From: a virus
Taxonomy: Duplodnaviria > Caudoviricetes
Length of the DNA: 43,596 nucleotides
Virus record (IMG/VR): IMGVR_UViG_3300037424_001846
Span: 1 to 43,596 of that record
Reading direction: 5' to 3' (one strand)
Shown: positions 1-8,746 of the stretch, in pieces
Numbering within the stretch: position 1 is the first letter of the stretch
Layout: each line of letters opens with the position of its first letter
Notes under the pieces: generated by a model
Seen by the model: only the letters and a program-made list of their open reading frames with translations
Database searches by the model: none
Told to the model about the DNA's origin: nothing
Position numbers and translations under genes: made by a program

Positions 1-23
1 CCCGTCCATGGGTGCGCATCCAT

Positions 24-212
24 CTAGCGGAGGTAGCCTTCGTCGGGGGGGAGCGGGAGAGTGTTCCCGGTTAGGATGGTACGGATGGTGTCGGCAAGGT
101 GGAGGTAGCGGGCGGGGAGAATCCCGTCGTCCGTGGCGTGCGCCCAAAATGCGGCTTCGCGTTCGGCCGCCCAAATGGCGAGGCGAAGAAGGAGGGGGGC
201 CATGGGAGTCAT
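24..212 (-). CDS. Hypothetical protein (62 aa)
   Basis: ATG 3 nt after the upstream stop, GGAGG/GGGG-rich leader; fits the tight minus-strand gene chain. Confidence 0.55.
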   Translation of the reverse strand: MTPMAPLLLRLAIWAAEREAAFWAHATDDGILPARYLHLADTIRTILTGNTLPLPPDEGYLR

Positions 213-215
213 GGG

Positions 216-446
216 CTAGTGCCCTCCTTTCCCTTGGCGTTGGAGAACAGCGCGAAAACAATCGGATGCGAAGGCGGACCAATCGGCACGTTCGGCAATG
301 GGCGAAAAGCGCCGGGCGGCACGGTCAAGGGCATGGAGCGCGAGGGCGGAAAGGGCAAGGCCACGGATCGTCCCGTCGGAAATGGCATTGCGAAGGATTG
401 GGAGATCGGAGATCGTGAGCGTTGACGTTTCAAGGGTGGAGTACAT
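216..446 (-). CDS. Hypothetical protein (76 aa, MYSTLETS...)
   Basis: TAAGGAG Shine-Dalgarno 7 nt before ATG at 446; start trimmed from the 216..509 ORF. Confidence 0.65.
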   Translation of the reverse strand: MYSTLETSTLTISDLPILRNAISDGTIRGLALSALALHALDRAARRFSPIAERADWSAFASDCFRAVLQRQGKGGH

Positions 447-457
447 GAGAAGGCTCC

Positions 458-556
458 TTATCGGGAAAGGGTAAAGGCGAAGAGACGGAGTAGGGAATAG
501 ATGAGACAAAACAGCCCGATCGCTTTCAAAAGGGCATAGGTATGAGGGTAGCGCAT
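458..556 (-). CDS. Small hydrophobic peptide (32 aa, one TM)
   Basis: GGAGGAG SD before ATG at 556; MRYPHTYALLKAIGLFCLIYSLLRLFAFTLSR. Confidence 0.5.
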   Translation of the reverse strand: MRYPHTYALLKAIGLFCLIYSLLRLFAFTLSR

Positions 557-557
557 G

Positions 558-1364
558 TTAGGACTCCTCCTTTGGGGTGATGTATTGGGCGAGTACGGCG
601 TTCGCCTTGGCGATGGCACCTTCTTCGCTCCAATCGTCGCCATATTTGGGGGTTTGGAAAACTAGGGTTGTGGCGTCGGGGGCCGGGGGCAGGGGGATGA
701 CGTTGCCGTATGTGCCGCCTACGCTAAAATTGGAACGGACGGCGGGTGATTGAATTTCCATAATGGCGAAAATGAGGCGACGGAGGTAGGCGGGGTGCGC
801 AATGGCAAAGGTAAGGGTATCGAGGTTCAAGGGGTTTTCGGATACCTTTAGGGGGAGATGAATAAAGAGTTTCCCGTTGTCGTGACCGGATAGGGCGGTG
901 ACAAGTTCAACGTCGCATCGGATGCCGCGCGATTCTAGGGCGTCTATGACGGCTGCAATGGTGACGCCCCGGTTGATTGCTTTGTCGGTTGTGAATGAGC
1001 CGGAATAGACGGCGGAGACGATGATTTTGACAAAGCGTATGGGGCGCGTGTCGGGGGTGAAGTTTACCATGCACTCGGGGGTGCCTTGGACGTACTGGCC
1101 GACGTCTACATAGGCGCCGGTCACGTCGTGGAAGGTGGCGGAATGGGTTTCGATGAGGGGGGGCAAGGTGAATTGGGACAAAAGGCGCTTGGCGTGGGCG
1201 GCACCTTCGGGCCATCCACGGCGGGCGAATTTTAGAACGTCGTCGAAAGTGGCGGAAGTGAAAAATCCCTCTTCGGTTTCGCGGGAGCGTTCCCCGGGGG
1301 CGGTGGTAGCAGCAAGGGCCGCCATGGCGGCTAGGTTTTCAAGGTCAATGCGAAGGCTAATCAT
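558..1364 (-). CDS. vWA-like partner of the AAA+ ATPase (DUF7192-type)
   Basis: Start MISLRIDL overlaps the ATPase 3' end; motifs HDVTGAYVDVGQYVQGTPECM, NRGVTIAAVIDALESRG, AHPAYLRRLIF; the N-terminal part of the 558..1739 ORF is a shadow of the ATPase gene. Confidence 0.7.
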   Translation of the reverse strand: MISLRIDLENLAAMAALAATTAPGERSRETEEGFFTSATFDDVLKFARRGWPEGAAHAKRLLSQFTLPPLIETHSATFHDVTGAYVDVGQYVQGTPECMVNFTPDTRPIRFVKIIVSAVYSGSFTTDKAINRGVTIAAVIDALESRGIRCDVELVTALSGHDNGKLFIHLPLKVSENPLNLDTLTFAIAHPAYLRRLIFAIMEIQSPAVRSNFSVGGTYGNVIPLPPAPDATTLVFQTPKYGDDWSEEGAIAKANAVLAQYITPKEES

Positions 1365-2484
1365 CGGAATCTCTTGAAAGGCGGGCGATGGTGTCGGAAT
1401 CGAGCCCTTTCCATAGGACCAGGGGGGCGACGGTGGATTCTGGAAGGCCAGAGCCGAGGAGATCGGCCCCGACGATCGAGGCGCGGGGGGAGACAATGTG
1501 GCGGATTGAAAGGGCCGTGGCGCGCTGGCGGGCGTAACGGACCTTGAGAAGCCATCGGGAGATGATGGTGGAGTCCGTGCCGCCCGAGGCGGTGAATGTG
1601 GCGCGGGCGATATCGGTTTCAAGGGCTTCGTCATAGTCCCAGTGGAGCATGACGAAGCGGTCAAGGGTAGCAGCGTCCAATTGGAGGGCGCCGACGTACT
1701 CGCGTGAGGCGCCCGTGCCGTAGGTATTGGCGGCTGCAACGGTGATAAAGTCGGGGTGACGGGGGATCATGGCGTCGGGGAAGGCGCATGTACCGTTTTC
1801 GATTGCTTGGTTTAGGGCCGTAAGGACGCCGGGGTTGCCACGGTCAATTTCGTCAATGAGGAATACGCCCCCCTGCTCGAAACGGCGGCGGAATTCCGTC
1901 GGGATGTAGTTACCGTGGGCGTCCATGTAGCCGAAAAGGGCGGATTGGGTCGTTTGGGGGCCGACGGAGATGGAGCCGAAGGCGAGGGAAAGGGCGCGGG
2001 CGGCGGCATGGGCGGCAGAAGTTTTGCCGGAACCAGCGGGACCGGCTAGCCAAATGTTACGGCGGCGGGCGATGATGGAGACCAATAGGGGGAATTGGGC
2101 GTGCTGGCGACCCGCGTTGAATGGGGGGATGGTGGAGCCGCGCACGGAGACGACAAGGGCGCGTGTGGGGGAATTGGCGATGACGTCTTGGGCGATTTCC
2201 CGCATTTTGGATTCATCGGAGATCGCGGGAAGGAGGGTGTATATGTGGGCTGCGATGATGGCAGCAAGGTCAGCGCTGGGCGCGGGTGCTGGAGTGGTGA
2301 CGGGAACGTCGGCCCGAGGATCGGGGCGCTTGCGTTGGGCGGGGCATGTGGGGGAATGGAATTGACCTATGGGGCCGGTACGGCCGGGGTCGTCCGCGTT
2401 GACGTAGTAGCGGCGGCCCGTCTGTTGGGACGTGCGGAGGGTGACGGGGGCGCCGCAACGGGCGCAATGGATGATGGGGGCCAC
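1357..2484 (-). CDS. MoxR/CbbQ/CobS-like AAA+ ATPase with N-terminal putative Zn-binding segment
   Basis: Walker A GPAGSGKT, Walker B FLIDEID, AANT sensor, LDAATLDRF; N-terminal CARCG...FHSPTC; GGAGG SD before GTG. Confidence 0.88.
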   Translation of the reverse strand: MAPIIHCARCGAPVTLRTSQQTGRRYYVNADDPGRTGPIGQFHSPTCPAQRKRPDPRADVPVTTPAPAPSADLAAIIAAHIYTLLPAISDESKMREIAQDVIANSPTRALVVSVRGSTIPPFNAGRQHAQFPLLVSIIARRRNIWLAGPAGSGKTSAAHAAARALSLAFGSISVGPQTTQSALFGYMDAHGNYIPTEFRRRFEQGGVFLIDEIDRGNPGVLTALNQAIENGTCAFPDAMIPRHPDFITVAAANTYGTGASREYVGALQLDAATLDRFVMLHWDYDEALETDIARATFTASGGTDSTIISRWLLKVRYARQRATALSIRHIVSPRASIVGADLLGSGLPESTVAPLVLWKGLDSDTIARLSRDSDD

Positions 2485-2544
2485 GGGGAAATCCTCCGAA
2501 AATGGGGCCGTCCGTGGCGGGTTTGGTTTGGTGATGGTGAATGG

Positions 2545-2651
2545 GGTGCAAGGGTCGTGCCGGGCGTAAGGTCAATCAATACAAGGGGGCGAGAGTGTGG
2601 GCTCGTGCAACGTGCGAGGTGCGCAATGGGAAGGTGCAATGAGGGTGCAAT
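2545..2651 (+). repeat. Cluster of short (G)GTGCAA direct repeats
   Basis: GGTGCAA 2545, GTGCAA 2605, GGTGCGCAAT 2618, GGTGCAAT 2633 and 2644, in the non-coding divergent region. Confidence 0.5.
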
Positions 2652-2690
2652 AGGGGTTTTGATAAGCGACTATCGCCGTAACTCGTTGAG

Positions 2691-2718
2691 ATGTCGCATA
2701 ATAGCCATTATGTCAACA
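2691..2718 (+). promoter_or_regulatory. dif: dif-like XerC/XerD recombination site
   Basis: ATGTCGCATAA-TAGCCA-TTATGTCAACA versus E. coli dif GGTGCGCATAA-TGTATA-TTATGTTAAAT: 11-6-11 layout, 7/11 XerC arm, 8/11 XerD arm, inner CATAA/TTATG palindrome; intergenic. Confidence 0.8.
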
Positions 2719-2834
2719 TCATTGCATGAGGAGATCGCGCTATGTGTATGTATCGCATGGGGTTGGCTGTATTGCGGCCGAGAGGCGGCACCCCTCCCCC
2801 ACGCGCGGGATCGAATCGCATTCCTAGACCACAC

Positions 2835-2863
2835 TTGCTCCATTGCATAGTTTGACTTATGAT
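2835..2863 (+). promoter_or_regulatory. Putative sigma70-type promoter for the packaging/structural arm
   Basis: TTGCTC-17 nt-TATGAT upstream of the putative terS. Confidence 0.5.
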
Positions 2864-2973
2864 TGAGGAAGAGTGGCTAGGCGTGGATCTCGCCTCAATG
2901 GCCCATGTCTATTTTCACTTCGAAATCAATCGTGCCATGGAGCAACGTCTTTTCGGAAGGGATTCCAGTACCA

Positions 2974-3600
2974 ATGTCGGGCAGAGTCTCCCAGCGCTCC
3001 CAGATCCAGGACTTTCTCCTGGCCTCCGCGCACGCCGGCGCCCATCCCGTCCTCCGCGAAGTAGCCCTCAAGTTCGCGGTCTCCCTGATGACGGTCTCTA
3101 AGGCCCGGCGCGAACTCATTGCCGCAGGGCTCCTTCCCGAGCCCCCTCGCTCTGCCCGAGCCGGTCGGCCCCGCATCCGCCGCGGCAATGCCCCCATCGT
3201 GGCCGACCCCCGCGCCGGCCGTCCGGCCTCCCCCACAAATCCCACATCTCCTCCCGAGCCGGGGCGGCATCTAATGGGGGAAGATCTCCCAGTACGCGCC
3301 CTTCCCGAGGGGATGGTGGGTGCCATCCTCGCCGCGGCGACTGGGCCGGCCCTCTCGCTCGACGAGCAGCGGGAGCGCCTGTCCTGGCTGGCCCAAAACG
3401 CGGCGCGAGAGGAGGTCCAAATCAGCGCCCTTTCGACCCTCGCCCGGCTCGATGCCATGGCGGGGATTCGATCTGGCCCATCGTCCGGCGCCGTCCTCAC
3501 GGAGGAGGACGCCGTCGATCACCTCTCTCTTCTGATGAGGGCAAATGGACGCTCCCGAGTTGATCGAGCACTTCTTCTCGCCTTCCCGCCTAGCCAGTGA
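2974..3600 (+). CDS. Putative terminase small subunit with N-terminal GntR-like winged HTH
   Basis: First + gene ahead of terL; LREVALKFAVSLMTVSKARRELIAAGLL resembles a GntR wHTH; LSLDEQRERLSWLAQ...QISALSTLARL resembles TerS oligomerisation helices; start chosen at ATG 2974. Confidence 0.55.
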   Translation: MSGRVSQRSQIQDFLLASAHAGAHPVLREVALKFAVSLMTVSKARRELIAAGLLPEPPRSARAGRPRIRRGNAPIVADPRAGRPASPTNPTSPPEPGRHLMGEDLPVRALPEGMVGAILAAATGPALSLDEQRERLSWLAQNAAREEVQISALSTLARLDAMAGIRSGPSSGAVLTEEDAVDHLSLLMRANGRSRVDRALLLAFPPSQ

Positions 3601-3905
3601 AGCCTTCCTTGTCCTCCGCCTTTGGCAAGGCCAAGCCGCCCTCCCCACCATCTACGGGTTCTCCCTCCGCTCCCCCATCGCCCCCGACGTCAATGTCACC
3701 TTCATCCGCGGGAACCCCGAAGCCCCCCGCTGGGGCAGTAGTGCAACGTTCTGGGCCTCCGAATGGGTCGAATTTCGATGACGTTCCGTCCCTTCTTGCC
3801 GCCCTTCGAGCCCGCCTCGGGCGGATGGAGTTGACGGAACGGCTTCTGAATGACAGAATTGCGGAACTGGAGGACATCCTACGTGAATACGGCCACCCCA
3901 TTTAA
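3597..3905 (+). CDS. Hypothetical protein (Pro/Ser-rich N-terminus, coiled-coil C-terminus)
   Basis: GTGA overlap with the upstream stop; heptad pattern LRARLGRMELTERLLNDRIAELEDIL. Confidence 0.6.
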   Translation: MKPSLSSAFGKAKPPSPPSTGSPSAPPSPPTSMSPSSAGTPKPPAGAVVQRSGPPNGSNFDDVPSLLAALRARLGRMELTERLLNDRIAELEDILREYGHPI

Positions 3906-4197
3906 CGGCGTCTTGCGGAGCGAAACACCCCACGAAGTCCTCTTCACGGAGGCATCCTTCAGTGCCTCTATCGAAAAGATCTACAATACGATGGGGATCG
4001 CCCATCAACGTGAACGGGTCCTCTATGTGAACCATCCAGAGGACGTCCCCGCTTTCGGGTGGGGGGTCTCCTACGATGTCCCCAGGTGGCGGATGATGTA
4101 CCGCCGCATTGAAGAAGAAGAGGTGTTCGCCAAGTTTCGGATTGCCTCCCGGTTCAAGGATGAACCATGGAAAGCCCCGACGATCTCCCCACCCTAG
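3883..4197 (+). CDS. Hypothetical protein
   Basis: GGAGG SD before GTG 3883; globular-looking sequence filling the gap to terL. Confidence 0.6.
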   Translation: MNTATPFNGVLRSETPHEVLFTEASFSASIEKIYNTMGIAHQRERVLYVNHPEDVPAFGWGVSYDVPRWRMMYRRIEEEEVFAKFRIASRFKDEPWKAPTISPP

Positions 4198-5960
4198 GTG
4201 TTCCGCTCGCTGATCCAATCGGCTGGTCCGTAGATGCTGAGGTCGCTCTCTGGAGCGACATCTGCCGGAAGAACTTTTGGTGGTTTCTCCAGGTGGCGTG
4301 GGGCGCCCATTGGTATATGCGGGCGAACGCCCACGACCGCTGGGTAACTGAGCGTCTCCACAAACCCATCTGCGATTGGCTCCAGACCCACGTAGAGGAC
4401 TGGGAGCGCCGGCGCCTTTCTGGGGAAAAGCGCCGAACAAAACTTGCCCTGGTCATCCCCCGCAGTTACGGCAAGACGGTCATTGCGACGAAGGCCCTTC
4501 CCCTCTGGGTGCAACTCCGAAACCCCGACCTCGCCACCTACATCGGCTCCGAGACGGTCGAGAAGGCGATCGACTTTCTTCGACCCGTGAAGTCCGTCCT
4601 CGATGGGTCGGACCCCTTCGCTCGCTTCACCCACCTCTATGGGAATTGGTTTAGCCCCGAGCGGCTCTGGACGAACCGCACAGTTGTCCATGCTGTTCGG
4701 ACGGCGGTTGGGCGAAGTGAACCGTCGTTCGATACATGGGGGGTGGAGCAGGGGATCACCGGAGCGCACCCTGACTGGGGGATCTTCGACGATCCTATTA
4801 GCGAGGAGAAGTTGAAGGAGAGTGGGGCGTGGATCGACGCCGTGAACAATGCGATGGCGGCGCTTCGGCCGGCTTTCCGGACGGACAGTTTCTTCATGCT
4901 GGTCTGTACCAGGTATCGGGACAATGATGCGGTTGGGAAGGCGCTCTCGGAGGAGGGCGTGCGGAGTTGGACAGGGATGCAGGTGCCGGAAGAGAAGTTC
5001 CAGCCGCGGGACGATGGGGAGTGGGACGTCTACTTCCTTCAGGCCCTCGACACGGTGGGAGTCTCGACGTTCCCCGAGATGTGGCCGACGGAGGAACTCC
5101 GGCGCTACGAGAAGTCGAAGCCGATCTTCTTCGCCGCCCAGATGATGAACGACCCTGCCTCGGGGGAGCACATGGCGCTCACCATGGAGCAGGTCGATCA
5201 GTTGTGGATAGAGCCGAAAGACCTCCCAAGTTACATGCAATACACCCTCCACATGGACACCGCCTTCAAACTCCCCACCCGAGCCGGGCGAGGGGATGAA
5301 AATGTGATAGAGGTGTGGGGGCATGACCCAAGGGGGAATGGGGATGTTTACTACATAGAGGGGTTTGGGAGTAACACCTGGAGGATCGAGGAGTTCACGG
5401 ATGAGTTGCTTCGGTTGTGTCAACGCTACAAGCGGTTTGGGAAGCGGATTCGAATGATGACGGATGAGAGGGAGATGGGGGGAAAGGCGAATACGTGGGA
5501 GATGTGGCTTAGGTCAAGTTTTGCTGGGGCAGGGATCACGATGCCGCCTCTAAAGGTGCTGAATCGGAGTCGGGGTAAGAAAGAGGTGAGGATCCGGGAG
5601 GCCGCAGGGTTCTGGGTTGATGGGCATGTCCGGATTGTCCGGGGGGCACCAGGAGCCCATAAACTTGTGAGTCAGATGGTGCGGTTGGGAGTGGCGGCGC
5701 ATGATGATTGGGCTGATGCGGCGGCTGATGTGTTCGCTCCGGAGGTGTATCGCCCTATGCTGAATCCGGCTCTCTCCGGAGGGCAAGATGATGGGGCGTA
5801 TCCAATCCAGCCCGGTGACGACATCCTCGGCCGCCGTTTGTCTGATGAGGGGGCGAGGAAACTATATGATGTGGCGCATGGGGAGTGGGTGGATAAGTTC
5901 TTTGATGAGAAGGAGGAGGAGATGAGCCGATGGGCTGCGGCGATCAAAGATGCCCATTGA
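4167..5960 (+). CDS. terL: Terminase large subunit
   Basis: Walker A IPRSYGKT, ITGAHPDWGIFDDP Walker B region, AQMMNDP, RNase H-like nuclease LHMDTA...HDDWADA. Confidence 0.93.
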   Translation: MESPDDLPTLGVPLADPIGWSVDAEVALWSDICRKNFWWFLQVAWGAHWYMRANAHDRWVTERLHKPICDWLQTHVEDWERRRLSGEKRRTKLALVIPRSYGKTVIATKALPLWVQLRNPDLATYIGSETVEKAIDFLRPVKSVLDGSDPFARFTHLYGNWFSPERLWTNRTVVHAVRTAVGRSEPSFDTWGVEQGITGAHPDWGIFDDPISEEKLKESGAWIDAVNNAMAALRPAFRTDSFFMLVCTRYRDNDAVGKALSEEGVRSWTGMQVPEEKFQPRDDGEWDVYFLQALDTVGVSTFPEMWPTEELRRYEKSKPIFFAAQMMNDPASGEHMALTMEQVDQLWIEPKDLPSYMQYTLHMDTAFKLPTRAGRGDENVIEVWGHDPRGNGDVYYIEGFGSNTWRIEEFTDELLRLCQRYKRFGKRIRMMTDEREMGGKANTWEMWLRSSFAGAGITMPPLKVLNRSRGKKEVRIREAAGFWVDGHVRIVRGAPGAHKLVSQMVRLGVAAHDDWADAAADVFAPEVYRPMLNPALSGGQDDGAYPIQPGDDILGRRLSDEGARKLYDVAHGEWVDKFFDEKEEEMSRWAAAIKDAH

Positions 5961-6849
5961 CTTCTCTCCTCTCGGGCGCATTATCTATCGTGGTCCCGGT
6001 TGGGAGGTTGAGCGCCACTGTAAGGCGGCTTCGAAAGCAAGGGAGCCGGCGCTCCCCCCAGCCGGGGATGAAAGGCCAAGGATGGCGCAACTCGATGATG
6101 AGTATCAGAAGGTAATTGCAGATCTTGTGGAGGAGGCCCGACTCGTCGGTGCTACCTCCCCCGAGACGGAGGTGTCTCCAAGTACGCCCCCCGCGTCGGA
6201 GCCCTCCGTCTCACTCCCACCACGCCGTTCCATCCTCTTAACTCCTGCTGGGAACATTCGAGCCCCCTTTGAATGGGGGCTTCATATTGTCTACTTTGAT
6301 TTGGAGATCAGGAGGGAGTTGGGGGAGATTGGTGGGTGGGATGGGGCCATTCGAGATGGGGGGATCAGTTGTCTCTGTTTGTGGGATTCGGGGACGGAGA
6401 AGCCGTATTTCTATGATGAGGGGAGCCTGGATACGGCGATGAACCATCTGGAGGGGGCAGATGTGGTGGTGTCGTTCAATGGAAAGGCGTTCGATGTGCC
6501 CCTGATTACGAGCCATGCGAAGAGAGCGATGGTGCTGAAGGAGCATTTCGACCTTTTTGAATTGGTGAAGATGGCGAAAACGAAGGTTGGAGAGGGATGG
6601 GGTGGGAATGGGCTTGGAAAGTTGTGTGAGATGACGTTTGGACAGGGAAAGACGGGGGTTGGAAGTGATGCACCGGGGATGGTGAGGGATGGAAAGTGGA
6701 TGGAGTTGGTGGGATATTGTCTGAATGACGTCTACCTGACGCGGGATCTTTGTACGTTTGTGAGAAGGAATGGGTTTTTGATGGACAAGGACGGGGTGGA
6801 GTTGAGGTTGGATGTTCCGGAGTGGTTTGCGATTAAGAGGATAGATTGA
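5950..6849 (+). CDS. DEDD/RNase H-like exonuclease (YprB/RNase_H_2-type) with low-complexity N-terminus
   Basis: ExoI VYFDLEI, ExoII SFNGKAFD, HFDL, ExoIII YCLNDV. Confidence 0.85.
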   Translation: MPIDFSPLGRIIYRGPGWEVERHCKAASKAREPALPPAGDERPRMAQLDDEYQKVIADLVEEARLVGATSPETEVSPSTPPASEPSVSLPPRRSILLTPAGNIRAPFEWGLHIVYFDLEIRRELGEIGGWDGAIRDGGISCLCLWDSGTEKPYFYDEGSLDTAMNHLEGADVVVSFNGKAFDVPLITSHAKRAMVLKEHFDLFELVKMAKTKVGEGWGGNGLGKLCEMTFGQGKTGVGSDAPGMVRDGKWMELVGYCLNDVYLTRDLCTFVRRNGFLMDKDGVELRLDVPEWFAIKRID

Positions 6850-6850
6850 G

Positions 6851-8746
6851 ATGGTGATGATGACGGAAGTGAAAAGGGAGCCAAATCTCGATCTTCAACT
6901 GGCGAACCTCGTGATGGCGAGGAAGGAGCACTCTGAGAACTACTTTCAGGGGATTCGTAGACAACTTCCGCAACTTTATGATCTTTATCGGGGGGTGATG
7001 ACGGGGCGGTTCTCTCCGCATAAGAATAATATCCATATTCCCTTTATCTTCAGTGTGATTCAGAGCGATGTGGCGCGGAAAACGCAGACTTCGTTCGGAA
7101 CGTGGCCGATTGTGAGTTTTCTTGGCTATGGTCCGAACGATGCGACGATCGCTCGGAAGAGAGAGGCGTTGATTAGCGCGCAAATGAAGGATATGGGGGC
7201 GTTTCGGAAGGGATATGAGGTGTTTCTTGGGGCAGATCTCTACGGAACGAGTGTGGTGAGGTATGGGTGGGACCATAGAGAGCAAGAAATGGAGGTTCCG
7301 ACCTTCGATACGTTGCCATTGAGTGGTCAGATGGTTAGAAGGGCACTAAAACAGCGGATTGTGACGTTTGATGGGCCAAATTTTGTGGTGAAGGACCTTC
7401 TAGACTGCTATCCACAGCCTGGATTCAGGACAATCGAGGATATGGGGTGGTTTACGGAGTCGGATTACCTCGATTTCGACGATATCAGGGCGCTCTCCGA
7501 GATGGAGATGAGTGGGGGGTACTTCTTCGATAAGTGGGAAGTCAATCGGATGGGGAGAGAGGGGACATCGAGCCCTCAGATCGATACGGCGGACTATAAG
7601 GCGTGGCGAGTGCAGTCGAATACGATGATTGAGGAGGAAGCCCGTCAAAGGGAGCGATATGCCCGGCCGGTGAAACTTGTGACGATGTGGGGAAGGGTTC
7701 CGAGCGAACTTGCACCGGATGGGATTGTGGATCGGGTGATAACTGTGGCGAATGGGAAGTATGTGCTGAGGAATCGACCGATTCCCTTCTGGAATGGGAA
7801 GAAGCCCTTCCTTGCGTTCAGCCCGGTGGCGGATCCGCACTACTTCTTTGCGCCGGGGAAGGCGGAGATCCTAGCGAAACTCCAGGTTTTGACGAATCGC
7901 TTCACGAATCAGCAACTCGATGCGTTGGAGATCTTCATCGATCCGGTGTTCTTCGTGAACAAGGATAGCGGGCTGGATACGCGGAATCTCTTCATTCGAC
8001 CGGGGAAGTTCATCAATGTGGAAGGGAATCCGAATGAGATGGTGTACCCCCTTCAGCCAAATATGCAGGGGATTCAGTTTGGTGGAGCGATGACGGAACA
8101 GGCGTGGCGATGGATGCAGCAGGGGAGCGGGATTGTTGAGGATACGGTGCAGGGGGGGCAGGGGAGCCGGCAGACGGCGCGGGAGTTCCTGGGACGGAGT
8201 GAGGCCGTAGCGACGAGGTTGCTCCAGGAGAGTCGGATGTTTGAAGAGGAGTTCCTGGAACCTCTTGCAGATGCGTTCGTGGACCTGAATCGGCAGTTCT
8301 TGGAGGCGGGAAGAGAAGTGCTGATGTTGGGGGAGAACGCGAAGTTGGATCCAGTGACAGGGATGGTGGTGCCGGAGACGACCCGGGAGCAGGTGTATGG
8401 GTGGGATCTTGTGCCGAACTATGAGGCGAGGGCAGTTGGTTCGACGAGTCGGCTGGCACGGGCGAACCGCCAGCAGACGCTCATCTTCCTCATCCAGGCG
8501 ATGGGGCAGAACCCTGTGGCGGCGGCGGCTACGAATTGGATTAACTTCTTCCGCAATGTGCTGAGGGAGTTCGAGATCCCTAACATCAATGAGATCCTGA
8601 ATTCGCCAGAGGAGATGCAGCGGATGATGGAACTTCAGAAGGGTGGGGCGACGCAGCCGGGAGGTGTGCCGGGTGAAGCGCAGGCCCCACCGGGGGGTGG
8701 GAGTGTGAATCCGCTGATGGGGGCTGGGACGGAGACGATCCAGTGA
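6851..8746 (+). CDS. Portal protein (podoviral)
   Basis: 631 aa between terminase and scaffold; IHIPFIFSVIQ, GKKPFLAF..PHYFFAPG, TAREF motifs; Q/P/G-rich tail; start may be a few codons later. Confidence 0.88.
   Translation: MVMMTEVKREPNLDLQLANLVMARKEHSENYFQGIRRQLPQLYDLYRGVMTGRFSPHKNNIHIPFIFSVIQSDVARKTQTSFGTWPIVSFLGYGPNDATIARKREALISAQMKDMGAFRKGYEVFLGADLYGTSVVRYGWDHREQEMEVPTFDTLPLSGQMVRRALKQRIVTFDGPNFVVKDLLDCYPQPGFRTIEDMGWFTESDYLDFDDIRALSEMEMSGGYFFDKWEVNRMGREGTSSPQIDTADYKAWRVQSNTMIEEEARQRERYARPVKLVTMWGRVPSELAPDGIVDRVITVANGKYVLRNRPIPFWNGKKPFLAFSPVADPHYFFAPGKAEILAKLQVLTNRFTNQQLDALEIFIDPVFFVNKDSGLDTRNLFIRPGKFINVEGNPNEMVYPLQPNMQGIQFGGAMTEQAWRWMQQGSGIVEDTVQGGQGSRQTAREFLGRSEAVATRLLQESRMFEEEFLEPLADAFVDLNRQFLEAGREVLMLGENAKLDPVTGMVVPETTREQVYGWDLVPNYEARAVGSTSRLARANRQQTLIFLIQAMGQNPVAAAATNWINFFRNVLREFEIPNINEILNSPEEMQRMMELQKGGATQPGGVPGEAQAPPGGGSVNPLMGAGTETIQ

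Noticed and set aside
2545-2651. CRISPR array
   Set aside because: Repeats are only 6-8 nt with irregular spacing; no array seen anywhere, and the Cas4-like gene is a stand-alone phage nuclease
2095-2850. 251-aa + ORF crossing the divergent region
   Set aside because: Antisense to the ATPase, runs through the dif-like site, no motifs
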